From a virus (Duplodnaviria; Caudoviricetes): 62,323 bases of DNA. Below the pieces are notes generated by a model. That model saw nothing but the letters and a program-made list of their open reading frames with translations. It had not been told where the DNA came from and made no database searches. Shown piece after piece: positions 28,247-37,800 of the stretch; the stretch's first letter is position 1; every line of letters starts with the position of its first letter. The stretch is taken from positions 1-62,323 of the IMG/VR virus record IMGVR_UViG_3300006916_000050. One strand, given 5' to 3'. Made by a program: the position numbers and the translations under genes.

Positions 28247-28855
28247 CTACGCGTCGTCCATCTTGATGAAGCCCTCGCAATTTCCGTCCGGGCAGCGCAT
28301 TGATTCGCCGATCCGATCCATGTGCGCGCGTGCCATTCTGAAGATCAGTCCACATTCTCCGCACTCGCATTTGCGTTGACGGGTCTTCTGTTTTGCAGGT
28401 CCCGAGCCCTGTGATTTGAGCTGCTTGTGAGGGTACGGACCCAGCGCGTTGATCGTGTCAGCGAACAGGTAGTCGAAGCGCTCGCCTTCGGTCGTGGCGG
28501 TCATCTTGCCCTCGAGGCCGAGCTCGGTGGCGACCTTCTTGAACACCTTGCCGTGGCCTTCCTTGAGGCCGACCATGACGTGCACGTTCTCGTGCACCAG
28601 CACGCCAGCGACGCGGCGGGGATCGTCGAGCAGGTTCGAGATGATGATCTCGGAGGTCTTGTCGGCCGAGACGCTTGAGCACCATGCTTCGCCGATGCGC
28701 TTGCCGCGACGACCGGTCGAAGGGAAACCGACGCCGATCCTGATCTTGTCGGTCTCGAGAGTATAGGCACCATCGAGCACGTCTTCGATGATCGGAGCTG
28801 CCAGCTTGTTGAACTGGTGCAGCCATTCTTCGCGGTTCTGAATTGAGTTAGTCAT
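28247..28855 (-). CDS. SprT-like zinc metalloprotease with C-terminal Zn ribbon
   Basis: HENVH..HGKVF; CECGEC and CPDGNC. Confidence 0.8.
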   Translation of the reverse strand: MTNSIQNREEWLHQFNKLAAPIIEDVLDGAYTLETDKIRIGVGFPSTGRRGKRIGEAWCSSVSADKTSEIIISNLLDDPRRVAGVLVHENVHVMVGLKEGHGKVFKKVATELGLEGKMTATTEGERFDYLFADTINALGPYPHKQLKSQGSGPAKQKTRQRKCECGECGLIFRMARAHMDRIGESMRCPDGNCEGFIKMDDA

Positions 28856-28889
28856 GTCTGTCGTCTCCTTGTTTCGTTTCGATGTCCTC

Positions 28890-28940
28890 ACCATAGAGGA
28901 AAACGAGGCCGTGTAAACAGCCTCGTTGAGTTGTGGTTAA
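28890..28940 (-). promoter_or_regulatory. Early promoter cassette
   Basis: TTAACCAC-15-TTTACA-16-TATGGT; AACGAGGC/GCCTCGTT stem. Confidence 0.8.
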
Positions 28941-29230
28941 CGAACTTGATCGGGCAGCGCTCTCGCCACTCGCCAAGACTCCGCATCCACGTCCGCGCAT
29001 ATACTATTGCGGACGGCGATCGCCACCTCCTGCGCGACGCGTACAGTCTCGATCGCTGCCATGGACGCCTGTTCGCGAGTGAGCGCCCACGAGTCGCAGC
29101 CCTCGGACTCGTCGAAGCCGAAGCTCGACAGGGTGCGCATATTATCGCCCGACGTGGTGAGACGTATGACGAAGTCTCCGCGCAGGTGCGAGTTGTCTTG
29201 TGGCTTGTAGGCGATTGTCAAACTGATCAT
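28937..29230 (-). CDS. Early hypothetical protein
   Basis: ACAAGGAAAC RBS. Confidence 0.7.
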   Translation of the reverse strand: MISLTIAYKPQDNSHLRGDFVIRLTTSGDNMRTLSSFGFDESEGCDSWALTREQASMAAIETVRVAQEVAIAVRNSICADVDAESWRVARALPDQVR

Positions 29231-29234
29231 GGTG

Positions 29235-29279
29235 TCGTTTCCTTGTGGTAGTTGAGGGCGACGTTACCGCCGCCCGGTT
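29235..29279 (-). repeat. Intergenic hairpin-RBS repeat, copy 1
   Basis: 43 of 45 bases identical to 52634-52678. Confidence 0.8.
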
Positions 29280-29283
29280 ATTG

Positions 29284-29616
29284 TTAGCGAGAGGCAAATA
29301 CCCACTCGGTGTCATAGGCGCGGTGGCCCTTGATGTCCCACTTCTGCCGATCGGTCAGACCTTCGTCGGTCTGGATGTATGCGACAGTCTTCAGGACGTT
29401 CGCGAGGCGGTAGCCGCGATCACCGACGGCGATCATGTGCGGGAGGTCCGGGAACAGCGACGCGGGGAATATGCGGTCGTCACGCTCGAGGAATTCGAAG
29501 GTGTTGCCGAATTCCTTCTCGATGAACTGCCCGAGGATCAAGGCCGGAGCCTTGTCCTCGTTGCCTGCGATTACGTGACGCTGGACGTCGGTGTTGGTGT
29601 GGTCGGCGAAAGCCAT
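29284..29616 (-). CDS. Early hypothetical protein
   Basis: AAGGAG RBS. Confidence 0.7.
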   Translation of the reverse strand: MAFADHTNTDVQRHVIAGNEDKAPALILGQFIEKEFGNTFEFLERDDRIFPASLFPDLPHMIAVGDRGYRLANVLKTVAYIQTDEGLTDRQKWDIKGHRAYDTEWVFASR

Positions 29617-29633
29617 GTCGTCTCTCCTTCGTG

Positions 29634-30029
29634 TTAAACAGGACCCGACCATATGCCGTCGCCGACGCCGTGTAAACGCTCTTTATTCCTGATGGTTAAC
29701 TGGAGCTTACAGTCGTCCTGATCGACGTTCGACTTCCAGCATACCAGCCACGTCGCCCGCATAGGGTCAGGATCGTCCTCAGAGGCCACCACCACGCCGC
29801 CATTGCCATCGAGACGTCGTATGGTGGCTCGGTAGACGTTCGGGTCGTCCACGAGCTCGAGGTTGAGTATATGCTCGCCCTCGTGGAGCCTGCAGAACGC
29901 TTGCCAGCACTCGCGCACCGGAGCCTCCTCGAGGGTCATTGTCTTGGCCACCGAGGCGATCGTTGCTCTCGGGTTCATGAGGAACTGGTTCGCGATCGGT
30001 TGAATCCATCGCTCGTTGGTCTTCTCCAT
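29634..30029 (-). CDS. Early hypothetical protein
   Basis: TAATG coupling. Confidence 0.6.
   Translation of the reverse strand: MEKTNERWIQPIANQFLMNPRATIASVAKTMTLEEAPVRECWQAFCRLHEGEHILNLELVDDPNVYRATIRRLDGNGGVVVASEDDPDPMRATWLVCWKSNVDQDDCKLQLTIRNKERLHGVGDGIWSGPV
29648..29699 (-). promoter_or_regulatory. Early promoter embedded in the 3' end of the upstream ORF
   Basis: TTAACCAT-15-TTTACA-17-TATGGT. Confidence 0.75.
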
Positions 30030-30190
30030 TATTTCATACTCCTTGCTTGATAGTCGGTCAGGCGATAGCCGAACAGCTTCGCGTCACGCTTGGCACGCGA
30101 GATCGCCTTGTCGGCGTCGGCGTCGTTGTGCCACTGGAAGCAGATGATCCGAATCTTCTGCTCTTCGTCGTATGCGCTGATCTCTAGCAT
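30029..30190 (-). CDS. Early hypothetical protein
   Basis: ACAAGGAAAC RBS. Confidence 0.65.
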   Translation of the reverse strand: MLEISAYDEEQKIRIICFQWHNDADADKAISRAKRDAKLFGYRLTDYQARSMK

Positions 30191-30236
30191 GTCGTTTCCT
30201 TGTGTTTGGGAGGAGCCGAAGCCCCTCCCGGTTGAG

Positions 30237-30797
30237 TTAGGCTGCCAGCTTCTTGAAGGCAGCTTCCGAAGTGAACTTGCCGTCGACATATATGCGTGCA
30301 GGCCACTGGCAGAACGGAGTTCCCTTGTTGGAGACCTTGAAGACCACCTGCTGCTCGACGAACACCTTGCGATCGCCCAGCTTGCCGGAGATGGTGAACT
30401 CGAACCGGCCGCAGTCGATCGAGGTCAGCTTGACGTCGGTCAGGTCGACCAGCTTCTTGTTCAGCTTCATGGTGAAGGATGCGATCTGGCCTTCAGCATG
30501 TTCGGTCGAGAACTTCTCGAGGCGAGCTTCGTCCAGTCCCAGAACCTTCGGGTCGGAGATGTAGTTGCCGCTAGTGCTCTTCTCGCGTTCGATCAGGTGC
30601 GTGATGTTGGCCATCGCATTGTAGAGGGGATCGTAACGGCTCGCCTGAATCTTGCGGCGACGGTTGTTGTAGCTCCAGTCACCTTCCAGAGCTTCGTCCA
30701 AATACTTGAACGTGTTGCGAGCGCGATTGATGTAGTTTGCCTTGATGGCGGGGATCAGTGCTTCGAACTGTGCTGCGATGTTTTCGATCTTGTTCAT
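30237..30797 (-). CDS. Early hypothetical protein
   Basis: ACAAGGAAAC RBS after a promoter. Confidence 0.75.
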   Translation of the reverse strand: MNKIENIAAQFEALIPAIKANYINRARNTFKYLDEALEGDWSYNNRRRKIQASRYDPLYNAMANITHLIEREKSTSGNYISDPKVLGLDEARLEKFSTEHAEGQIASFTMKLNKKLVDLTDVKLTSIDCGRFEFTISGKLGDRKVFVEQQVVFKVSNKGTPFCQWPARIYVDGKFTSEAAFKKLAA

Positions 30798-30834
30798 GTC
30801 CGTGTTTCCTTGTGTTCGTTTCTTCAGTCCGATC

Positions 30835-30886
30835 ACCATACGCAGAGACCGAGGCCGTGTAAACAGCCTCGTTCTCCTATGGTTAA
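30835..30886 (-). promoter_or_regulatory. Early promoter cassette
   Basis: TTAACCAT-15-TTTACA-17-TATGGT; CGAGGC/GCCTCG stem. Confidence 0.8.
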
Positions 30887-30887
30887 T

Positions 30888-31055
30888 TTATGCTGAACCC
30901 TTGACGATCTCGTCCCAGACCTTGCGCTTGAACTTCTTGCGTGCGCCGTAAGCTCGGACTGTTACCCACTTGTGTCCGAGGGTCAGAACTTCGACGTTGC
31001 GCCAGCCGGAGCCGATCCGGGGAGCTTCATCATTGAGGTGAATTCTGATCTTCAT
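30888..31055 (-). CDS. Early small protein (55 aa)
   Basis: MKIRIHLNDEAPRIGSGWR..., AAGGA RBS, read manually. Confidence 0.65.
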   Translation of the reverse strand: MKIRIHLNDEAPRIGSGWRNVEVLTLGHKWVTVRAYGARKKFKRKVWDEIVKGSA

Positions 31056-31107
31056 TTTGTGTTCCTTCTGTTTATTAACAGGTCAGTGGAACACATCCCG
31101 GAAACAA

Positions 31108-31148
31108 AGTCAAACAGAACCACTCAACATGGTTAACAAGAAGTTAAC
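31108..31148 (-). promoter_or_regulatory. Full CtrA-type site and -35 box
   Basis: TTAA-CTTCTTG-TTAACCAT-15-TTGACT. Confidence 0.7.
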
Positions 31149-31578
31149 GGCGCGACTTCAGATAGCCGACGATTGAGTTCGTCATGTTCTGCAGGATCGG
31201 TCCGCCGACGTAGCCGCCGACCGCGATCGTCGCCATGGTGTAGACCCACTCGAGCAGAGCGTCGCCCACGCGAGGAGCTGGCATACCGAACCACGCGACC
31301 AGAATCGGCGTTGCCAGAGCGTACCACATCACCACGAACCAAGCCGAGAACCCGACCATCGCACGCCATGAGCGGACGAACCAGCTCTCGGAGTTGAGCT
31401 CTGCGAGCACTGCAGCGCCTTGTTGCTTGAGCCCCTCCACGATCGCAGGACCGAGCATACCGGCGATCTTGGCCGCCGCTTCCTCGCGACTGATCTCCTT
31501 GTTGAGGTACGCCTTCGCGATGTCGAATATCCCGTCGAGCAGGGACCCTGACAGTATCTTGGCGATGATTGCGAACAT
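31144..31578 (-). CDS. Holin (GTA 3TM holin-like)
   Basis: AELNSESWFVRSWR followed by two hydrophobic helices. Confidence 0.75.
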   Translation of the reverse strand: MFAIIAKILSGSLLDGIFDIAKAYLNKEISREEAAAKIAGMLGPAIVEGLKQQGAAVLAELNSESWFVRSWRAMVGFSAWFVVMWYALATPILVAWFGMPAPRVGDALLEWVYTMATIAVGGYVGGPILQNMTNSIVGYLKSRR

Positions 31579-31590
31579 GATGCGCTTCTC

Positions 31591-31767
31591 CTAGCTCATT
31601 ATTGTGTACGTCGCGCCACGCCCTGCAGGCAGTGCAGGGCTCGCCGGTCCGGTGGCCGTGTTCGGTGAGGCGATGACTTCCGCATACATGCGGACGACTC
31701 TGGCCGCCTTGTCCGACGTATCTGTGACAAGGACGTCCGCGCCGACTCTGCTTATCCGTACGGTCAT
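31591..31767 (-). CDS. Small tail-associated protein
   Basis: GAGG RBS; ATGA coupling to a tail gene. Confidence 0.55.
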   Translation of the reverse strand: MTVRISRVGADVLVTDTSDKAARVVRMYAEVIASPNTATGPASPALPAGRGATYTIMS

Positions 31768-32861
31768 GAAATCACCTCGTATCCGATCTCCATAGCGTTG
31801 ACGGTCGTCGCCGTCCATGCAGGTGTCCCCGCGCCGGGGTCTAGCGTCTGGACGTGGCGGTATGTGTCGTAACTGGTTGTCAATGTGAAGGTCGCAGAGT
31901 TAGCCTCGACAGAGGAGCTCCTGACGACGTTCTGGAACGTGTTCGAACCGTCCGTCCGGCCGTATGTCTTGACGCTCACGCCCTTGATCGTCGTGCCGAA
32001 GGTCAGGTTGTCTACGCCGAAGGTGTCGGTGTCGAGCGCCGTGTTGCTCGAGTTGTAGGTCGTGTCGCCGTCAGGTGTGCCGCTCTCGTCGACCTGCGAG
32101 ATGTTGGTGCTCGCGAGCGGGGTGAAGTCGGTGTTCGTCCCGGCCGCGTTCACAACAAGCCCCTCGACCCGGTGCTCGCCCAGCTGCCCGGTGAAGTCCG
32201 AGCCTCCGTCGTCCCAGATCACAATGTCGTCGAACTCGATGTCGGACCCTGCGCCGCCGGATGCTCTCGGCAGCTTCAGGGACACAGTGTCGAGCGACGT
32301 GACGTCGCCCGATGCTGCGTTGCTGGTGTCGCCGGTGAAGTCGATAATCTTGACGCCGTTGTCCCAGACCTCGATCGTCCCTGCAGCGAGGTCAGCGATC
32401 AGGTTCATCTCGACGTGGTGCCATAGGCCGTCGTTCAAGCACGTCTCTCCAGTGGCGCGCGTGCCAACGAGGAGCGTGTCGTCAAAATAACCCATGACTA
32501 TCTGACCGTCGGAATCGAACCACATCTTCCACCACCGGTCCGTCCTGTTGCCGAGGATTATAAGCCCGTCATTGCCCGATAGATCGGACGTCACCCAATT
32601 GTTAACTCGGACCCAGAACGCGATCCGCAATTGGTTGGTTGGCATGTTCGTCCCGGCTTTGTCGATGATGTAATGCGCCAGCTCGGACTCGGTTGTCGCC
32701 CAGAGGTATTGGTAACACCCGGTTCCGAAGGGTCCTCCGTTGGTAATAAAGAACTGATGGACGCCCGCCGTGCCGACAAGGTGCTCCCAGCCGTTCGCCG
32801 CGAGGTCAGCGTCGGCCGCGAAGTGCTTGTCGTCAAAACCTTCTACGAAGAGCAGTGTCAT
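31764..32861 (-). CDS. Tail / receptor-binding protein, LamG/ConA-like (paralog 2)
   Basis: NDGLWHHVEM; FDDIVIWDD. Confidence 0.7.
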   Translation of the reverse strand: MTLLFVEGFDDKHFAADADLAANGWEHLVGTAGVHQFFITNGGPFGTGCYQYLWATTESELAHYIIDKAGTNMPTNQLRIAFWVRVNNWVTSDLSGNDGLIILGNRTDRWWKMWFDSDGQIVMGYFDDTLLVGTRATGETCLNDGLWHHVEMNLIADLAAGTIEVWDNGVKIIDFTGDTSNAASGDVTSLDTVSLKLPRASGGAGSDIEFDDIVIWDDGGSDFTGQLGEHRVEGLVVNAAGTNTDFTPLASTNISQVDESGTPDGDTTYNSSNTALDTDTFGVDNLTFGTTIKGVSVKTYGRTDGSNTFQNVVRSSSVEANSATFTLTTSYDTYRHVQTLDPGAGTPAWTATTVNAMEIGYEVIS

Positions 32862-33947
32862 CTATACGACCTCCAAACCGATTTGCACGTCCGCGATGTC
32901 CGTGTCGACCCAGACCGCCCCGGTGCCGGGATCATATGGCAGACAGAACTCGTGCTCTGCATGTGCGATTGTCAACGCTTTCGCAGCGGACTGGACTTCT
33001 GTCGTCCCGTCGCTGATCACGTTCTTGATGCTCACGCCGCCGACGTTCGTGGCTCGCGCGCATGTCTTGACGACGACGCCCCAGACGTCAGTTGCCGGTT
33101 GTGCAGCGATCGAGCCCATGGTCGTGACCGTGTACAGGTCCTTGTGGCCGCTTGTCGCGCTCTCGTTGTACGTCGTGCCGAGGTCTACGCTCGCCTCGTC
33201 CACGTTGAGATAGTTTGATCCTGCAGAGGGTGTGAACTGTGTCGACGCGCCTGCGCCGTCCACCGTGAGCCCGTAGATTCGGTGCGCTCCGATCTGCCCG
33301 GTGAAGCCGTCGGTTCCCGAGTCGTCCCAGAGAACCACGTCGTCGAACCGCACGTAGTCAACGACGCCGCCGCTCGAGCGGGAGTTCGACAGGTGGATGG
33401 TGTCCAATCCGATAAGGGTTAGAGACCCTGTGTTCGTGCCGGAGACGTTGATGTCGAGTGTGCCGTCGACCCACATCTTGACCGCGCCCGCCGAGGCGTC
33501 GCGCGTGAACTCGACTTCGATGTGGTGCCATGCGTCGTCCTGAATGTCGACCGTGCCGGTTGCTCCGGCGACGCTCTTGCTCCCGAACGTGTCGCCGACG
33601 GTCAGGAAGCCGCTCGAGTTGACGTACATATTCAGGAAAGTTGTCTGCGCCGCGTCCGTAAACCAGACAAGCCCTTGAGACGAGCAGGTATAGCCCGACG
33701 GGATGTAGACATAGAACGCCAGCCGGAAGAACTCGGTCGTGAACGCCGGGAACCGCTTTGTCATGGTCCCGTCGGTGGAGTTTGCGATGATCTTTAGGCA
33801 GCCGCCGCCGAACTTGCCGTCGGTAGCGTGCCAGTTGATGTCGTCCGTCAGCTGCCCGTCGGTCTTGAACCATCCGCTCGAGGCGATCAAGTCGGCAGTA
33901 GCGCCGAAGCCCGCAGCGTCGAACCCGCTCGAAGTTAGGAAGGCCAT
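32862..33947 (-). CDS. Tail / receptor-binding protein, LamG/ConA-like (paralog 1)
   Basis: DDAWHHIEV..MWVDG; FDDVVLWDD. Confidence 0.7.
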   Translation of the reverse strand: MAFLTSSGFDAAGFGATADLIASSGWFKTDGQLTDDINWHATDGKFGGGCLKIIANSTDGTMTKRFPAFTTEFFRLAFYVYIPSGYTCSSQGLVWFTDAAQTTFLNMYVNSSGFLTVGDTFGSKSVAGATGTVDIQDDAWHHIEVEFTRDASAGAVKMWVDGTLDINVSGTNTGSLTLIGLDTIHLSNSRSSGGVVDYVRFDDVVLWDDSGTDGFTGQIGAHRIYGLTVDGAGASTQFTPSAGSNYLNVDEASVDLGTTYNESATSGHKDLYTVTTMGSIAAQPATDVWGVVVKTCARATNVGGVSIKNVISDGTTEVQSAAKALTIAHAEHEFCLPYDPGTGAVWVDTDIADVQIGLEVV

Positions 33948-34801
33948 CAGTCGCCCCTTGTTGCCACGAGGTTGAGGTACAGGTTCGCCAGTGTTGCGTC
34001 GGCCGAGGATGGCGCGACGATGTCAAGGCGATCGCCGGAAGCCAGAGAGAAGGCCGAGATGGACACGTATGTCGCCGTCGTGCCTGCAGCTGCGAATCTG
34101 ATGGTGCCTTGAGAGACGCCGTTCTTCTGGACGTCGAAGTCTGCCTGCGCAGTGGCCGCCGTCGTCGCGATGACCACAGAGTTCGTCAGGGATGCCGGGA
34201 AGTCGATCGCCTTGCTCGCCACGAAGCCGAGCACGATCGCCAGAGAGCCCGGTGCGCCGCCGAAGGATGTTCCGATGTCGTAATATGGCGAGGCGAACTC
34301 GATCGCCGTCTCGCCCGTGTTTACGCGTGCAATCTTCAGGCCCGAGCCGGTGAAGTTGGCAGGGGTGTCCGACAGACTTACGAAGTCCGACGCGCCGCCG
34401 CCGCCTGCGCTGCCTGCCTCGTAGACGTCGTCCGACGTGACCATGAACAAGCCAGAGGCGGTCGTCGCCAGTGTCGGAGGTGAGACGGGTGAGGTGCCGG
34501 TGATCTTGATCGTCGCAGTGTAGGACGTGTTGTTCTGGATGTAGACCAGCCCACGAGCCACCGCAGGGAATTCAAGGTCGAAGTCGGCGACCGGAGGAGT
34601 GCCGTGGTCGTCGAGTGTGAAGAATATGTAGCGGTCCGAGTTTGTGGCTTGAACAAGCACGACGGGGTCGGTCGTCGAGATCAGAATCGAGACCTCCTTC
34701 GCAATACAGCCCTCGAGCTGCGCGATCGCGTTGTTGGCCGTGACTTCCTTTTGAGATTGAGCCGCTGTGATCTCGTCAAGGGACAGGGTTGCAGTCGTCA
34801 T
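33947..34801 (-). CDS. Tail fibre protein with DUF2793-like N-terminus
   Basis: AAQSQKEVTANNAIAQLE; FVSLSDTPANFTG. Confidence 0.7.
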   Translation of the reverse strand: MTTATLSLDEITAAQSQKEVTANNAIAQLEGCIAKEVSILISTTDPVVLVQATNSDRYIFFTLDDHGTPPVADFDLEFPAVARGLVYIQNNTSYTATIKITGTSPVSPPTLATTASGLFMVTSDDVYEAGSAGGGGASDFVSLSDTPANFTGSGLKIARVNTGETAIEFASPYYDIGTSFGGAPGSLAIVLGFVASKAIDFPASLTNSVVIATTAATAQADFDVQKNGVSQGTIRFAAAGTTATYVSISAFSLASGDRLDIVAPSSADATLANLYLNLVATRGD

Positions 34802-34815
34802 GAGTTAGAACCTCC

Positions 34816-37800
34816 TTAGAGTCCCGTTGTGATTGACTTCATGGTCATCTGCCGACCATTCGCTGTCAAAAATGCCGAGTATTGATAAGCTGTAGCATAG
34901 ATCGTCGCAGGTGTCGACGTACCGTACACCGTGTTGAGCTGCGCCGCCGTGAACGTGACCTCTTCAAGGCCGCTTCCGTTCTCGGTCGTTGCCTGCGCGA
35001 GCGAGTTGCCGGTGCCGTCAGCGTTCTGCGTCAGCAGGATGTTGATGACCTGCGTCTGCTCGGTGTTGATGATGTCGCCGGTCAGGTCGCCCCACTCGGG
35101 GACCGATCGGTCGCGCCGGTGGCAGGTCATGACCATGTCAGCGCCCGACGCGACGCCGTTCACGTTTACAGGCTCCAGAGGGATTGCGGACTCTCCGGTG
35201 AAGGTTGAGAAGGATGTGATCGCGTCGAGCTCGTCCTGACCGTTCGAGACGAACCTGTAGGCGAGGTTCGTGTCCTTGCTGGTGAGCGGGACCGCATAGA
35301 AGCGCATAAAGTCAGCGTCGAGCAGGAAGACATACTCGCCCGCATAGTGAGGGTTCGTGCCAGAGCTGAATTCAGGGTGGCCAGTCATGTGTTCCGAGCC
35401 CTTGCGCCCACGCAGCAAGTGCGAGAGCGTGTAAACGCCTCCACTTACGGACACGTCGCGGAACTGAACGACCTCCCAGCCGGTGCGAGGATGCCCGACC
35501 ACGGCCGCGTTCTCGCCGTTGAGAAGCTGCAGATCGGTGCAAGTTGCGATCTCGCTGTTGTAGTCCTCGTTCTGTAGCCGCACTGTCATGGTGTTGACCG
35601 TGTCGGCCGACTGCGTGTTCTCTGGTATGCCGAGTTGATTCATCATCCGCCCGACGACAGGAGCTCCGAAGAACCACTCGAAGTCGGTGAATTCAATATT
35701 GTCGAGCGAGATTTGTGCATATCCGCCCGTCCACCGCTCGGAGAGGGAGAGGAGCGGGTAGCCCTGCCCGTACAGAGTGATCGCCGCAGCCGTTGTGAAG
35801 GTCGAGGCGTCGTCCTGTGCACGCAGAAGCACGCAATCAATGGGAACGAACAGGCCGAGGGAGAAGAACGGCGTGCTTGCCTGCAGGTAGGTTCCGGCGT
35901 CCGCCGAGATCGTGATCGGCTCGTCGACAAGGTAGCCGACCGCCTTGAACGAGACGCTGTAGTCGGCGTTGTAGGACGCCTCGACGATGCGACAGGTGTA
36001 TGTGAAGTTCGTCGCATTGCCGACGACCTCGACCGTCCCAATGTCAGAGGGCTCGAGGTATATGAACTCCTGCGGGACCCTGAACTGGTACGTCACGCGC
36101 GACGCCCACGTCAGGAACAGGGCTCGGTAGGCGAGCGCCTTCGCTTCGTCCGCTGTCATGATGATCGGGACCCGGACAGTCAGGGTCGAGTTCGAGTACA
36201 TGGTGCCGATCGGGTTCGCCGTCCGTTGGAAGTTCTGCGAGCTGTAGCCGTAGTCGCGGGTCTTGTCGACGTATGTGATCTCGATCGAGCGTGGCAGTGT
36301 CAGGTCCATCTCGCGCCGTGTCATCACTGCGACCGCGTTCGGGTTATCGTTCTGCGCCATGGCGATGTCAGTCGAAGCGAGCTCGAAGTCATAGTCCACC
36401 GAGGAGATCGAGGCAGGCTTCCGCACCAGCTTCAAGGCTCCACCGCTCTCGATCACGTCGAAGGCATAGATCGTCGAACAGCTATCGAGCAGAGCTCGGA
36501 AGGAGACCCGCTCTGTGATGTACGCCCCGTCGATCAGGTCGTCGATCTCGGGGTCGACGATGAAGTCAGTCCCGACGGTGTAGCCAGCCATCGTCGCCGC
36601 AAGCTCGAGGAACGCCTTCAAGGTCTGTCGCTCGTCTTCGAGCAGGTCGTAGCGATAGCGCTGCGGGTCGCTCGATCCACTGTTGACGCCGTAACCAGCG
36701 CGACTCTTGCTGTCGTAGGTGAACGTAAGGGAGGCGTTTGACGCGCCAGTGAACTCCGTGATGCTGCCGTCGCGCAGGTCGATCTCTGCCCAGCCGCCAC
36801 CGACGATCGGGTATGCCATGATACCGCCGGAGATGTCGCTGTATTGCATTGCGTGCGGCTCTTTGACAACGAGGTCGATGTCGCCGGTGTCCCAGATCGT
36901 CGTCTTGCTCACAGGGTCAAACTTGAGCACGCCCTCGCCGGTGCCGTTGTCGTAGTTGATGATCAGGGAGTCGTCGAACTTGTCGTAGAGCATAGAGCTG
37001 ATCTGCATGTTCGAGTTGCCGAAGTCATGGTAGACCGCGCCCTCGGTGCCGCCCTTCCACAGGACCGCTTGAGCCTGCAGGCATTGTAAGCAGTAAATGT
37101 GGCCGTTGTCGTCGCCGTAGTAGACGTCGAGCGCGCCGTAATACTCCGCGCCGATTGTGACGCAGCTCCAGTTGATCGACGTGATGGCCGAGATGTTCGA
37201 GCCGTAGAACCACTGCAGCGCGCGAGAGGTAGGGTTTACCGAATAGATGACGATCGTGTCTTGGAATGTGAATCCGGCGATGATGGTCTGGTTGTAGGAC
37301 AGGTTGTCGAGTTGCCCTGCAGTCATCATCTCCGGTTGATCGCCATCGTCAACGCCGAATGTTCCACCGCTGCCGGTGATGTTGAGCGTCGAGATCACTT
37401 CGCCGGACCATGCGTCGACGAAGTTGCACTCCTGCGAGGCCGACAGGGACGAGTCAGCGAGGAAGAACGCTTCCTCCCACGGGATGTATATCACAGAGCG
37501 GTCGTTGAACCCGGAGACGTATCCGGTGTCGATCGTGATCTCCTGTTCAAGAGTCCAGCCGTCGGAGATGTTGTACTTGTGAATCTCGTTCGACGTCCCG
37601 AGGTTGACGATGAAATACGCCCGCTGGTGCTGCAGGTCGATCATGTGGTTTACCGACTCGTAATTGTAACCGGTCGATGTCAGCGTCTCGGAAGCGAGCG
37701 TCGTGTTGTCTCCGATCTCGCACGAGAGATTCGGCACACGGTCGCCGAACTCCTCGACAGGGAGGTCGTCGAACACGACATACATCAGGTCGCGGTAGCC

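Noticed and set aside
26424-28370. N-terminal extensions in the ORF track for SNF2, terS (to 6953), nrdJ (to 61057) and several early genes
   Set aside because: The extensions run through regulatory repeats or other genes, and downstream ATGs have clear SD sequences.
7010-31107. Recurring CCGGAAACA near some promoters (about 7010, 26383, 31098)
   Set aside because: Too few copies, inconsistent orientation and spacing, and it also occurs inside genes; cannot be told from chance by eye.
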